Position numbers and translations under genes: made by a program
The notes under the pieces: generated by a model
The model's input: only the letters and a program-made list of their open reading frames with translations
Databases searched by the model: none
Told to the model about the DNA's origin: nothing
In this document: one piece after another, positions 53,565-64,000 of the stretch
Layout of the letters: each line of letters opens with the position of its first letter
Position numbering within the stretch: the first letter of the stretch is position 1
NCBI GenBank assembly: GCA_002471975.1
Contig: DKQZ01000032.1
Location: 78,463 to 142,462 of the forward strand
DNA length: 64,000 nt
Source: Dialister sp. UBA7295
Lineage (GTDB): Bacteria; Bacillota; Negativicutes; Veillonellales; Dialisteraceae
Direction of reading: 5' to 3'

Positions 53565-54050
53565 GTGGATACATATAACGAGGAAACCTACGGTAAAGTG
53601 CTTTGGGAGTGCTGCCGGTCAAATACATATATTGTGCTTATGTCTCTGCTATATGTCATCATGAGTGCCGGTGCTATCATCATAGCCATTACGCATGACC
53701 TGAATCATGGCATTATCCTTTATATCGTTGCGCTTGCGGTGATTGCTTTCTCATTACTTCGTATTCACAAGCTTCATTGCCCGGTCGCCCTGATTTGTGA
53801 GAAGAAGCTTCTTGTAGCAGTTCCCTGGTCTTTCGTCAATTCTGATTATTATATCTCTCTCCGTTCGTTTTATATGCCTGTGGATTATAAGGAAGTGGCT
53901 GGGGTTTCCAGCGGCTGGAACAGGCTGTATATCGGTGCCCGGATTACCGGGGGCATTGTGGCACTGCCGGTACAGTTATCGTATGTGTCTCTGGGGGACA
54001 AGATTTATTTTCAGGATTGGGTGGAAAGAAAGCAGGAAGAAGCGGTTTGA
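53565..54050 (+). CDS. Hypothetical membrane protein
   Basis: RBS AGGAGG, GTG start, two TM segments. Confidence 0.7.
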   Translation: MDTYNEETYGKVLWECCRSNTYIVLMSLLYVIMSAGAIIIAITHDLNHGIILYIVALAVIAFSLLRIHKLHCPVALICEKKLLVAVPWSFVNSDYYISLRSFYMPVDYKEVAGVSSGWNRLYIGARITGGIVALPVQLSYVSLGDKIYFQDWVERKQEEAV

Positions 54051-54141
54051 TTCTGATTAAGTCATTTTGCTGAATAAGTTGATTTAACGGACATAGTATG
54101 ATACGATTATGCCATGTTTATTACTCTATGAGGTGATGGAA

Positions 54142-54375
54142 ATGGCAGCTAAAATTACTTACACCATTCAGGAGGAACTGGGGGATCTCTCGGTTGCTTC
54201 CAATGGATGGAAAAAACAACTGACTTATACGAGCTGGAATAACCGGGATGAGAAATTTGATCTTCGTTCCTGGAATCCGGATCATACGGCGATGACCAAG
54301 GGCTTGACTCTGACTAAGGATGAGATGCTTAAGCTCCGGGAAATCCTGAATAATCTCGATTTCGACAAGTATTGA
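54142..54375 (+). CDS. YdbC-like PC4 ssDNA-binding protein
   Basis: GWKKQL...SWN...KFDLRSW..DH..M.KGLTLT. Confidence 0.85.
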   Translation: MAAKITYTIQEELGDLSVASNGWKKQLTYTSWNNRDEKFDLRSWNPDHTAMTKGLTLTKDEMLKLREILNNLDFDKY

Positions 54376-54519
54376 TTATAATGTAAAAAGGCTCTCCGAC
54401 AGGAGAGCCTTTTGGCGTATTTAAGGGGTTTAGGCAATCCATTTCTTTTTCTGTAGCCGATATTATACAAAAAATACGCCTGTTCTTAGTGCTTCTGGTT
54501 TATTATGAAGGAGTCAAAA

Positions 54520-55754
54520 TGTCTTTTTTATTTTCGGGACCTCACGGGTTAAGGACGAAGCAGGCATTGACAGTAGGCCTCGTAGGTCTGCTCATTAATT
54601 TTCTGCTCGGCTCTTTTAAAATATTTGTGGGCTGGCAGAGCGGATTCCTGTCTGTTATCGGTGACGGGTTCAATAATATCACGGATATGGGGTCTGTTAC
54701 TCTCCTGATGATGACTTTTTATTATGCTGCAAAACCTTCAGATAAAGAGCATCCTTTTGGTCATGGCAGACTGGAGTATATCAATTCAACTGTCATGGCT
54801 GCAGTGATCCTTTATGTGGGAATTACACTCCTCGTAGAGTCTGCCCAGAAAATCCTGAATCCTGCTGATACGGCTTTTACGCCTCTTGTTACTTTAGTTC
54901 TCGTCATTGGCCTTGTGGCAAAACTTTTTCTGGCCTGGTGGTATAAGCGGGCAGGAAAGAGATTGAATTCCGGCTCTTTTGACGCCTACAGTGCAGATTC
55001 CCTTTCCGATATGCTTTCTACAACAGGTGTACTTATAGCCACTCTCGTTGAGTATTTCTTCCAGATCCATATTGATGGTATCATGGGAATCTGCATGTCC
55101 CTCTTTATCCTCTGGACAGGGTATGGAATTATGAAAAAAGCCATCAATTCCATTCTCGGATCCAGTCCGGATACGGAAGTGTATAAAAGGATAAAAGACT
55201 GCATCCTGTCCTGCCCCGGGGTTTATGGAGTTCATGATCTGATTGTTCATGATTATGGACCGGAGAATCACTTTGCCACAGCCCATGTGGAGCTGGATAG
55301 TGATCTGAATCTTGTGGAAAGTCATGAACTGACAGAGAATGTGACGACTATCCTTCGGGAAAAACTGCATGTGCAGGCAACGATTCATGCGGATCCGAAA
55401 GCGGTTTCCAATCCCCGGGAGGCCGAATACAGAAGAGATCTGGAATCTGCCATTTACCGCAGCAGTCTGCCTTTATCCTATCATGATTTCTTTGTGGAGG
55501 AACGGAATGGGGAAATTCATGTTTCTTTTGAACTGGCCCTGAAAGGTCCCTGTAAGCTTAAAGATGAAGACATTTATACAATCATATCAGGAAATCTGAA
55601 GAAGATGAATCCTGCCTATACGGTCGAAATCATGGTGGACCGTAATTTCATCAGCGGCAAAGTATATGGCGCTGATAAAGACGAAGCGCAAAGGATTGCA
55701 TCTCTCGCAGAAAATCATGAAAAGTACAGGGCGGAAAATGATTCCGGGGAATGA
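54520..55754 (+). CDS. Cation diffusion facilitator transporter
   Basis: DGFNN..D, DKEHPFGHGRLEY, DSLSD, VHDLIVHDYG, TIHADP. Confidence 0.9.
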
Positions 55755-55917
55755 AAGGATTACCCCCTGATTGATGCCAAATATGATAAAGCCGCGATTT
55801 TGTAAAGAAATATGATTTCGTTTGTGATAAAATATAGACTGAATCAGCGCAGGATAATCAGATACTGTGAAAGCGGGTATGGATTTTCCATAACGGAAGC
55901 GGTAAGGGAGTGCAGAT

Positions 55918-56661
55918 ATGAAAAAGAAGTTATACATATTGCTGCTGACAGGCATCCTCGCTCTGGGTACTGCAGATATATCAATGGCGGATTATATGAT
56001 CGGTTCACAGGGGAGTGAAGTTAAAAGTCTCCAGAAGCGGCTCAAAGTATATGGCTTTAAAGTAAAAACTGATGGTAAATATAATAAAGCTACCAGCAAT
56101 GCGGTAAAAAAATTTCAGAAGAGAAAACATCTTGATGCTGACGGAATTGTCGGGCCTGTTACATATAAAGCACTGATGGGTAAGGCAATGCCGGAGGAAA
56201 AGAAAACCGATAAAAATAGAAGAACGGGGAAGATAAATTCCCGTATGGGTATCAATGATGCCCTTGTGGAATGGCACAAGGCAGGCAAGCTCAGTAATAA
56301 AGTTCGTGCCATTATGATGGAGGCACAAAAATATGTAGGGGTTCCTTATCAGTTTGGCGGAACAACTCCGAGAGGATTTGATTGTTCCGGATTTATCCAG
56401 TATGTATTTAACCGAAAGGGAATCCTTCTGCCCCGGGCTGCTGATCAGCAGTATCTTTCCGGTAGAAAAGTTTCCGTAAATTCCCTGGAACCGGGAGATC
56501 TGGTATTCTTCCAGACATACGATCAGGGTATTTCTCATTCCGGACTGTATCTGGGAGACGGATATTTTATCAGTGCGACCAGCAGCCGCGGTGTGGCTGT
56601 AGCTACTATGAAGAATGGCTATTGGCATGATCGTTACATCGGTGCCAATCGTGTCTTATAA
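55918..56661 (+). CDS. NlpC/P60 peptidase with peptidoglycan-binding domain
   Basis: Signal peptide, FQK..L.ADGIVGP.T, PYQFGG..GFDCSG, LPR, GDLVFF, SHSGLY. Confidence 0.92.
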   Translation: MKKKLYILLLTGILALGTADISMADYMIGSQGSEVKSLQKRLKVYGFKVKTDGKYNKATSNAVKKFQKRKHLDADGIVGPVTYKALMGKAMPEEKKTDKNRRTGKINSRMGINDALVEWHKAGKLSNKVRAIMMEAQKYVGVPYQFGGTTPRGFDCSGFIQYVFNRKGILLPRAADQQYLSGRKVSVNSLEPGDLVFFQTYDQGISHSGLYLGDGYFISATSSRGVAVATMKNGYWHDRYIGANRVL

Positions 56662-56738
56662 GATGGATCGAAAAGGCTGTATTGGAATACTTTATTTCCT
56701 GCAGCCTTTTATTCGTAAATGAACCGGGAAGTGATTGG

Positions 56739-57521
56739 ATGAGAATAGGAATGCTGCAGATGGATGTGGCGGAAGGGAACAAGGAAAGGAACATCAGGCA
56801 TGCCTTTGATATGCTGGAAGAAGCGGCCCGTCAGGCCAATGTGCTGGTTATGCCTGAATTATGGACCATCGGTTATAATTTCAGGGATTTTCAGGAAAGG
56901 GTTACTCATGTCAATGATGGTTTGATAAATAGACTTTCCTCCTTTGCAGAATTTCATCACGTCACCCTGGCGGCAGGAACTCTTCCTGTCGAAAAAAATG
57001 GCATAGTAAAAAACATGGGTCTCATATTCGGTCCGGACGGACGCCTGAAAGCCCATTACAGCAAACGTCATCTTTTTTACGGTTATCTCGAGGCAGAACT
57101 CATGGCACCGGGGACTCATCTTATGTGTACTGATATCAATGGGGTCAGGACGGGTATGGCCGTGTGCTATGAATTTTATTTTCCCAAAATGTGGCGCAGA
57201 ATGGCCAGGTCGGGAACTACTCTTGTGCTGGCACCGGCTTCCTGGCCCAAAGTGCATCTGCACCAGTGGGGAATCCTGACCAGGGCAAGGGCTATAGAAA
57301 ACGGCATGTGCATCTGTGCGGTGAATATGGTGGGAACCTATCATGGCGTCCAGCTGGGCGGTCATTCCATGTTTATCGATCCCGTGGGTCAGGTTCAGGT
57401 AGAAGGTGACCTGGATGAACATATTTACTATGCCGACTATGATGAGATCAAATATAAAGATTTGGGGAGACAGCTGGCGGTAATCCGCCTGGAAAAGGAA
57501 ATTCGTTCCGAAGGGCAATAG
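56739..57521 (+). CDS. Carbon-nitrogen hydrolase (nitrilase family)
   Basis: VMPELW, YSKRHLF, AVCYEF.FP, RARAIEN, GHS. Confidence 0.9.
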   Translation: MRIGMLQMDVAEGNKERNIRHAFDMLEEAARQANVLVMPELWTIGYNFRDFQERVTHVNDGLINRLSSFAEFHHVTLAAGTLPVEKNGIVKNMGLIFGPDGRLKAHYSKRHLFYGYLEAELMAPGTHLMCTDINGVRTGMAVCYEFYFPKMWRRMARSGTTLVLAPASWPKVHLHQWGILTRARAIENGMCICAVNMVGTYHGVQLGGHSMFIDPVGQVQVEGDLDEHIYYADYDEIKYKDLGRQLAVIRLEKEIRSEGQ

Positions 57522-57615
57522 AGTTTCCAAATTTTAATGGTTCCCATGAAATCCATTTGCATGGTTGCCATAAGTCATATATAATGAAGAAACAACTACT
57601 TTAAGGGGGTATATC

Positions 57616-60225
57616 ATGAAGGGTAACGATATTCGTGAAGCATATCTGTCATTTTTCGAAAATAAAAAAGGCCATCTGAGAATGAAGAGCTTTTCGCTGA
57701 TTCCGAAAGATGATCCGAGTCTTCTTTTGATTGGCGCAGGCATGGCACCGCTGAAGCCTTATTTCACAGGTAAAGTGGAACCGCCGAGACACAGGGTAAC
57801 CACCAGTCAGAAGTGCATCCGTACTGGTGATATTGAAAACGTAGGTCATACGGCCCGCCATCATACTTTCTTTGAAATGCTGGGAAATTTCTCCTTTGGC
57901 GATTATTTCAAGAAAGAAGCTATTACCTGGGCCTGGGAATTCCTGACCGAAGTCATTAAGCTTGACCAGTCCCGGCTTTACGTCACCATTTATCCGGACG
58001 ACCAGGAAGCCCATGATTACTGGCATAAAATGATCGGTCTTCCCGAAAACCATATATATCCTCTCAGCGATAATTTCTGGGAAATCGGTGAAGGCCCCTG
58101 CGGACCGGACTCCGAAATTTTCTATGACCAGGGAGAGGAATTTGGTACGGATCCGGAAAACCAGATGGGCGGCGATGGTGATCGTTTCCTGGAAATCTGG
58201 AACCTTGTATTCAGCCAGTTTGATCGTCAGAAAGATGGTTCTTATCTGCCGCTGGCAAAGAAGAATATCGATACCGGCGCCGGCCTTGAACGTATGGCAG
58301 CTGTGCTCCAGCATAAAAAGAATAACTTTGAAACCGATCTTTTCTTCCCAATCATTGAAGAGGCGGCAGCTCTTTCCGGTGTTCCTTATGGACAGAGTGC
58401 CCAGGGCGATGTGGCACTCAAGGTTATTTCCGACCATGCCCGTGCCATTACCAATATGATTGCCGACGGCATCCTTCCGTCCAATGAAGGCCGCGGTTAT
58501 GTACTTAGAAGAATCCTTCGCCGCGCTGTCCGTTATGGCAAGCTTCTGGGAATTCAGGATGCTTTCATGGGACAGATGATTGATGTTGTTATCAATATGA
58601 TGAAACCGGCTTATCCGGAACTTGTCGATAAACAGGCATTCATCAAGAGAGTTGCCGGTGTGGAAGAAGAACGTTTCCATGCCACCCTGAATGCAGGAAC
58701 CGATCTTCTCTCGGAAATGCTGGAAGATGCCAGGAAACATCAGAATACCGTCCTTACAGGTGACAAGGTATTCAAACTCTATGATACCTATGGTTTCCCC
58801 TGGGAACTGACCGATGAAATCGCCAAGGAACAGGGAATGACCATTGATGAAAAAGGCTTTGAAGCGGCTATGGCTGAACAGAAGGAAAGAGCCCGGGCTG
58901 CCAGGACCAAAGTTTCTGCCAAAGTGGCAACCCCGGATACCACAAAACTTGATACTTCCAAACTGACAGTCAAGGATCATGATGGTGAAGTAAAACTTCT
59001 TCTCCTGGGCAGGGATGGAAAAGAAATTACTTCTGCTGCTGATGGTACGGAAGTAACGGCAGTCCTCTCCAACAATCCTTTCCATGCAGAAGGCGGCGGA
59101 CAGATTGGCGATATCGGTCTCATTGTCGGTGAAGAAGGTACGATTTCCGTAGAAGATACGAAGAAACTGCCTGATGGCATCGTATATGTGATTGGTACGG
59201 TGACTGAAGGCATAATCAATGAAGGGGAAACGGTAAAAGTAACGGTAGACCGGATCAGGAGAGAAGATCTTGCCAGAAATCATACCGGTACCCATATGCT
59301 TCAGGCTGCGCTGAGAAGAGTTCTTGGAGATCAGGTCAACCAGGCAGGTTCCCTGGTCCTGCCGGATCGTCTTCGCTTTGATTTTACCTGGCCGGAACCG
59401 CTCAGTGACAAGCAGCTTTCCGAAGTGGAACAGATTGTTAATGATGAAATCATTAAAGCCACCGATGTGGATATCACTGAAATGCCTCTGGAAGAAGCAA
59501 AGAAAACCGGTGCTATGGCATTGTTTGGTGAAAAATATGGAGATATAGTCCGTGTGGTCACCATTCCGGGCTACAGCAAGGAACTTTGTGGCGGAAGCCA
59601 TGTCAGAAATACCGGTGAAATCGGTTCTTTCCGCATTATCAGTGAAGGCGGTATCGGCTCAGGAATTCGCAGAATTGAAGCTGTAACAGGCAAAGCCGCT
59701 TATGAATTGATGAAAAAAGATCGGGAAATGCTGAAAGAAGTTTCCCGTCTGCTGAAAGGCAAGCCCGATCAGATTACGGAAAAGACTGAAAAGCTTTTGG
59801 CTGAAGTAAAAGAACTCCAGCATGAGCTTGATAAGCTGAAACAGCAGCAGACAAAAGACGAACTGGGCGATCTCCTGAAGAATGTACAGGAAAAGAAAGG
59901 AATTCCTTTCTTCGGAGCTGTAGTCCATGCAGGAAATATGGATGAACTCCGTAAGGCAGCAGATGTAGTGAAAGGAAAACTCAAAGGCGGTGCATTCATT
60001 CTTGGTACCGTTTCCGGTGATAAAGTCAACCTTGTCGGCATGGCTTCTCCCGAAGCGGTCAAGACAGGTGTCCATATGGGCAAAGTCGTATCCAGAGCCG
60101 CTAAGATCTGTGGCGGCGGTGGCGGCGGCAAGTCGGCAGTCGCACAGGCCGGTGGCCGTGATACTGCCAGATTAAATGACGCAGTTTCGGAAGGCATCAA
60201 AGCAATCGCTGAAATGCTTGAATAA
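57616..60225 (+). CDS. alaS: Alanine--tRNA ligase
   Basis: RHHTFFEMLGNFSFGDYFK, EIWNLVF, DTGAGLER, editing HTGTH..ELCGGSH, C-terminal GGGGGGK. Confidence 0.97.
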   Translation: MKGNDIREAYLSFFENKKGHLRMKSFSLIPKDDPSLLLIGAGMAPLKPYFTGKVEPPRHRVTTSQKCIRTGDIENVGHTARHHTFFEMLGNFSFGDYFKKEAITWAWEFLTEVIKLDQSRLYVTIYPDDQEAHDYWHKMIGLPENHIYPLSDNFWEIGEGPCGPDSEIFYDQGEEFGTDPENQMGGDGDRFLEIWNLVFSQFDRQKDGSYLPLAKKNIDTGAGLERMAAVLQHKKNNFETDLFFPIIEEAAALSGVPYGQSAQGDVALKVISDHARAITNMIADGILPSNEGRGYVLRRILRRAVRYGKLLGIQDAFMGQMIDVVINMMKPAYPELVDKQAFIKRVAGVEEERFHATLNAGTDLLSEMLEDARKHQNTVLTGDKVFKLYDTYGFPWELTDEIAKEQGMTIDEKGFEAAMAEQKERARAARTKVSAKVATPDTTKLDTSKLTVKDHDGEVKLLLLGRDGKEITSAADGTEVTAVLSNNPFHAEGGGQIGDIGLIVGEEGTISVEDTKKLPDGIVYVIGTVTEGIINEGETVKVTVDRIRREDLARNHTGTHMLQAALRRVLGDQVNQAGSLVLPDRLRFDFTWPEPLSDKQLSEVEQIVNDEIIKATDVDITEMPLEEAKKTGAMALFGEKYGDIVRVVTIPGYSKELCGGSHVRNTGEIGSFRIISEGGIGSGIRRIEAVTGKAAYELMKKDREMLKEVSRLLKGKPDQITEKTEKLLAEVKELQHELDKLKQQQTKDELGDLLKNVQEKKGIPFFGAVVHAGNMDELRKAADVVKGKLKGGAFILGTVSGDKVNLVGMASPEAVKTGVHMGKVVSRAAKICGGGGGGKSAVAQAGGRDTARLNDAVSEGIKAIAEMLE

Positions 60226-60237
60226 GGAGGAATATAT

Positions 60238-60504
60238 ATGTCAGTCTCTGATGAAACGATTTTATTTAACACCAATGCGGATGAAGGGGAAAACACCCAG
60301 GCTGCCATGATTCTGCAGGAAGTCTATGGCGCTTTAAAAGAAGCCGGCCATAATCCGACCGTTCAGCTGGTTGGATATCTTGTTTCAGGAGAGCCGACAT
60401 ATATTACCAGCCGTCATGATGCAAGACGACTTATCTCCGGGATCGAGAGAGATGAACTGGTTGAAGAACTGGTACGCTTCTATGTGAAGCATAAGGGACT
60501 CTGA
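60238..60504 (+). CDS. IreB (UPF0297/ReoM) family protein
   Basis: VY.AL.E.G.NP..QLVGYL.SGEPTYIT...AR..I...ERDE. Confidence 0.9.
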   Translation: MSVSDETILFNTNADEGENTQAAMILQEVYGALKEAGHNPTVQLVGYLVSGEPTYITSRHDARRLISGIERDELVEELVRFYVKHKGL

Positions 60505-60505
60505 T

Positions 60506-60934
60506 ATGCGTATCATGAGTCTGGACGTTGGTTCCCAAACCATAGGTGTTGCAGTCAGCGATATTTTCGGCTGGACAGCCCAGGGTGTGGAAACTATCCG
60601 TCACACTACGAGGGAAGAAGATTTTAAACGCCTCAGGGAATTGACTGACCAGTACAAAGTGGAAGAGTTTGTCATAGGGATGCCTCTCAATATGAACGGC
60701 ACCAAGGGCGTTCGGGCAGAACGGACAGAGGAATTTGCTGTCGAACTGGCACAGGCTTTTCCGGATATTCCGTACCATTTCTGGGATGAACGGCTTACTA
60801 CGGTCATGGCACAGAAAGAGCTGATTGCGGCCGATGTGAGCCGCAGGAAACGAAAAAAAGTAATCGACAAAATGGCGGCAGTGGTTATTCTTGATGGATA
60901 TCTGCAGCATTTGTCTTTTAAAAATAGAGGGTAA
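60506..60934 (+). CDS. ruvX: YqgF/RuvX family nuclease
   Basis: SLDVGSQTIGVAVSD, GMPLNMNG, WDERLTT, DKMAA. Confidence 0.93.
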   Translation: MRIMSLDVGSQTIGVAVSDIFGWTAQGVETIRHTTREEDFKRLRELTDQYKVEEFVIGMPLNMNGTKGVRAERTEEFAVELAQAFPDIPYHFWDERLTTVMAQKELIAADVSRRKRKKVIDKMAAVVILDGYLQHLSFKNRG

Positions 60935-60938
60935 ATTT

Positions 60939-61202
60939 ATGACAGACAAGAAAGAAGAACCGGTCTGCGTCGTTATTACCAGTCCTGAAGGTGTAGAAAG
61001 CGAATATGCCCAGGACACGGTGATTCCCTTTGCAGGGAAACAGTTTGCTGTCCTTGTGGAAGTGTTGGATGAAAAAGATGGTGACAAAGAACCGGATATC
61101 CTTCTGGCCAGAATCGATATCGGTGAGAATGGGGAACCCGAGTATGTTCCTCCGTCCGATGAAGAGTATGATGCCGTAGCCGATATCTACAATGCCATGT
61201 GA
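60939..61202 (+). CDS. DUF1292 (YrzB-like) acidic protein
   Basis: Acidic, K.FAVL..DEEYDAV; conserved position after ruvX. Confidence 0.75.
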   Translation: MTDKKEEPVCVVITSPEGVESEYAQDTVIPFAGKQFAVLVEVLDEKDGDKEPDILLARIDIGENGEPEYVPPSDEEYDAVADIYNAM

Positions 61203-61327
61203 CGAATCAGAAAGAACTGCAGAATCTGCAGTTCTTTTCCTTTGCCCGTTTCCATATAGAACATATTGGCGCCATACTTTTCAAAATATGATAGAATATA
61301 TAGGAAATTGGTTTTTCAGGAGGAGTC

Positions 61328-62608
61328 ATGGGTAAACATTTTTCTTTCATCCATTGTGCGGACTTACATCTGGGAGAACCCTTCCGTGATATACATATGA
61401 GCGGGAGCGGCCCCTGGAATGAGAGAATCGGGCAGGCAACTTTTAAATCGTTTGAAAAGATAGTTGATGCAGCACTGGATAACAGGGTGGATGCCATTCT
61501 GATTTCCGGGGATGTGTACAACAGTGATCATCACAGCCTGGCTGCACAGATGGCATTTGCCAGGGAGCTGTATCGTGCGGCCCAGGAAGGCATTCAGGTT
61601 TTTATCGTTCACGGAAACCATGATCCGGGAGAAGCCTGGCGCGCCGATATACCGCTTCCGAAATCGGTCCATATTTTTCCTTCCGGTCATGTATCCTCCT
61701 GCCCTCTAATCAGGGATGGAGAGAATGTGGCAGTTGTTTATGGTACTTCCTATAAAACCCGTCATGTCAGCGAAAACCTCGCCAAAGAATTTAAGAAAAA
61801 TGAAAACGGCCTTTTTTCTATAGGGATGCTTCATACAGATGCCGGTCAATCCTCAGGAGGTTATGCTCCGTGCTCTGTGGATGATTTGAAAAGTGCGGGA
61901 ATGGATTACTGGGCTCTGGGTCATGTGCATACAAGAACGACTCTGTCTACGAACCCTTATATCGTTTATCCCGGCAATATCCAGGGGCTTAATCCCAAAG
62001 AAACCGGGCCTCGGGGATGCTGGCTGGTTGACGTGGGGGCTTATGGTACAGTGACCATGAAGTTTATAGAAACCGATACGATCCGGTGGCTGGATATGTC
62101 TGTGGATATTACCGGCCTTGGACAGACGGAAGAATTGATCCGGCTTATTGAAAAACAGCGCGCAGGCTTGAAGGAACAAACCGGGCGTCCCAATATCATA
62201 CGTCTCATTATTGAGGGGAGCGGAGTACTCCATCGTGTTATCAGCAGTGAGGATGGAAAAGATTATATTCTTCAGCAGCTTAATGACAGGGAGCAGCACC
62301 GTTACCTGTTTGCCTGGTTTACAGATTTGCTGGATCATACAAAGGCGGGCATCAATATCAATGAGCGCAGGGAACTTCCTGATGTGACGGGCAATTATCT
62401 GAAAGCTTATGAACGACTTCGACAGCGGGATGAATCAAGCCTGAAGAAAGAATTGCGCCGGATTGTGGAAACTCGGCCGGAACTTGTAAAAAATGGAAAA
62501 TTACAGGCCATGATTACCGACGATCTATTGATGGATTCATTCAATAAAGCAGAGCTTCTGGGAGCGGAAATGCTTTCGGAAGAGGAGGAGCATAATGAAA
62601 ATCACTGA
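61328..62608 (+). CDS. SbcD/Mre11-like metallophosphoesterase (YhaO-like)
   Basis: HCADLHLG, SGDVY, HGNHD, LH, WALGHVH, YPGNIQG..ETG. Confidence 0.9.
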   Translation: MGKHFSFIHCADLHLGEPFRDIHMSGSGPWNERIGQATFKSFEKIVDAALDNRVDAILISGDVYNSDHHSLAAQMAFARELYRAAQEGIQVFIVHGNHDPGEAWRADIPLPKSVHIFPSGHVSSCPLIRDGENVAVVYGTSYKTRHVSENLAKEFKKNENGLFSIGMLHTDAGQSSGGYAPCSVDDLKSAGMDYWALGHVHTRTTLSTNPYIVYPGNIQGLNPKETGPRGCWLVDVGAYGTVTMKFIETDTIRWLDMSVDITGLGQTEELIRLIEKQRAGLKEQTGRPNIIRLIIEGSGVLHRVISSEDGKDYILQQLNDREQHRYLFAWFTDLLDHTKAGININERRELPDVTGNYLKAYERLRQRDESSLKKELRRIVETRPELVKNGKLQAMITDDLLMDSFNKAELLGAEMLSEEEEHNENH

Positions 62609-64000
62609 TTTGCAGCTGGAGCAGTATGGTATTTACCATAATGCCTCCTGGCAGCCTTCCCAGACCGCATTGAACGTGGTCATGGGGGAAAATGAGAGCG
62701 GCAAAACCACGATGCTCCGGTTTATCAGGGATATGCTGTTCGGTTACGGTCGCGGCAAATGGCAGGGACGCCGGGGCAGTATGGGGTTTATCAGGGCTGA
62801 TGGTAATAGTTACCGGGTATATCGTAACGAAAAGGAAAAATGGTTTGAAGACGAGAATCATGTAAAACATGCAGAAGAACTGCCTGCTATATGGTGGCAT
62901 GGACTGAACCGCTATATGTATGAACAGATTTTTGCCATGGGGCTTGAAGATCTGCAGGGGACTGCTTTTCTTGCGGATGATACCGTAAGAAGCCGTTTCT
63001 TTATGCTCCAGGGCGGCGATCAATTATCGGATGTGAAAAAACAGATTCAGGATTCCAAAGCCGGTCTTCTTGCCGGTTCTTCCCAGGGAAAGAGGAAAAT
63101 CAATCAACTCCTTTCTGACTTAAATGAAATCAATCGGAATCTTGATGAACTGTCAAATCAGGAAAAAGAATTTTCAGACCTTCAGAAAAAACAGGATGAA
63201 CTGAAAAAACAGACTGCCATCCTGGCAGACAAACTGGAAAAAGACAAAGACGAGGACCGGCAGCTGGAGAAAAGGCTTGGCGCCTGGGACTACTATCGGA
63301 AGGCTGCTGAAGTCAAACGTCAGATGGAACTTTCAGAGCAGGTGACCATGTTTCCTTCCAATGGGAAAGAGCAATGGAATAAACTCATGAACCGTATGAA
63401 GGTTCTTCATGACCAGAAAACGGTTCTTCAGGAAAAATTAGATGAGTACAGCCCGGTGAAAAAGGAGGATATCATCCCCTGGGCAAGTATGGCAGGGGAA
63501 CTGGATAAACTTTATGTGGATCTGGGACAATGGCGCCAGACGGAAAAGGATGCGGAAGCGCTGGAGCAGGAAAAAGAAAGCTGGCGGATTCACTTTATTA
63601 ATCTGGGATATAAGCTTTCTCTCTGGGACAAACCTTTAAATCTGGATGATGCATGCGTCAATGTGGACTGGGAAGAAGGACGTCGTCTTTCAAGGAGCCT
63701 TGGCGTCCGGGTGAACGAGCTCCATTTCTGGAAGCGGCGGGAGCCGGAAGTTGAGACGCTGAACGAAGATCCTGAAGAAAATGAAGACGTCCGGACCGAG
63801 GAAGAATGGCAGAAAGTGGAAACCATGGCAGCTGACCTGGAAAGGCTCCTTCATCATGAGGCTGATATTCATGTTGAACTTGAACGGTTGAATGGGGAAG
63901 AAGAAAAAAGGCTTACCCCATGGCTTGTGTTTTCCCTTTTGTTTATCCTTGGGGCTGCAGGCGGTTTTGGTTCATTTTACATGGCCACCGCCGGCTATGC
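62595..64000 (+). CDS. SMC-like AAA ATPase (YhaN-like), runs off the window
   Basis: Not in ORF track; ATG 62595 after GGAGGAG, MKITDLQLEQYGIY..GENESGKTT Walker A, coiled coil; partner of YhaO-like gene. Confidence 0.88.
   Translation, partial: MKITDLQLEQYGIYHNASWQPSQTALNVVMGENESGKTTMLRFIRDMLFGYGRGKWQGRRGSMGFIRADGNSYRVYRNEKEKWFEDENHVKHAEELPAIWWHGLNRYMYEQIFAMGLEDLQGTAFLADDTVRSRFFMLQGGDQLSDVKKQIQDSKAGLLAGSSQGKRKINQLLSDLNEINRNLDELSNQEKEFSDLQKKQDELKKQTAILADKLEKDKDEDRQLEKRLGAWDYYRKAAEVKRQMELSEQVTMFPSNGKEQWNKLMNRMKVLHDQKTVLQEKLDEYSPVKKEDIIPWASMAGELDKLYVDLGQWRQTEKDAEALEQEKESWRIHFINLGYKLSLWDKPLNLDDACVNVDWEEGRRLSRSLGVRVNELHFWKRREPEVETLNEDPEENEDVRTEEEWQKVETMAADLERLLHHEADIHVELERLNGEEEKRLTPWLVFSLLFILGAAGGFGSFYMATAGY

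Noticed and set aside
57649-59601. 650-aa antisense ORF, and similar ones at 1905-2867, 4942-5979, 15774-16709, 22429-23634, 29956-30831, 42003-42950 and 49510-50664
   Set aside because: Shadow ORFs opposite conserved housekeeping genes, with no recognisable motifs; explained by codon bias.

Overview
Mostly co-directional (+ strand) housekeeping chromosome of an anaerobic Firmicute. A Negativicute (Dialister/Veillonellaceae-like) host is inferred from Firmicute-type gene order plus a YadA-type outer-membrane adhesin. Gene order: ligA (3' part), gatCAB, glpX, FKBP PPIase, rubrerythrin, Pit operon, rbgA-rnhB-csoR, a sirC-hemA-hemC-cobA/hemD-hemB-hemL operon, yraN-comM-dprA-topA-trmFO, holB-ricT-rsmI-metG-tatD, a CatA-like gene, hup, lepB, dapL, ychF, an SfsA-DUF123 fusion, lgt, an orphan response regulator-rnmV-rsmA, T-box-serS, a cfa remnant, nfeD-floA, alaS-ireB-ruvX and yhaO-yhaN. 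The standout is a 4,906-bp integrase-less islet (34208-39113) that splits mazG in frame at a duplicated TTGC. That TTGC begins a sigma70 -35 hexamer at both junctions. The islet carries a dUTPase, a mosaic trimeric autotransporter behind a poly-G-spacer promoter, a phased decamer array and an antitoxin-less HipA-like kinase. It also has a second copy of the adhesin promoter/leader that runs into a terminator (candidate sRNA or micropeptide). No rRNA, tRNA, CRISPR array or transposase was seen.
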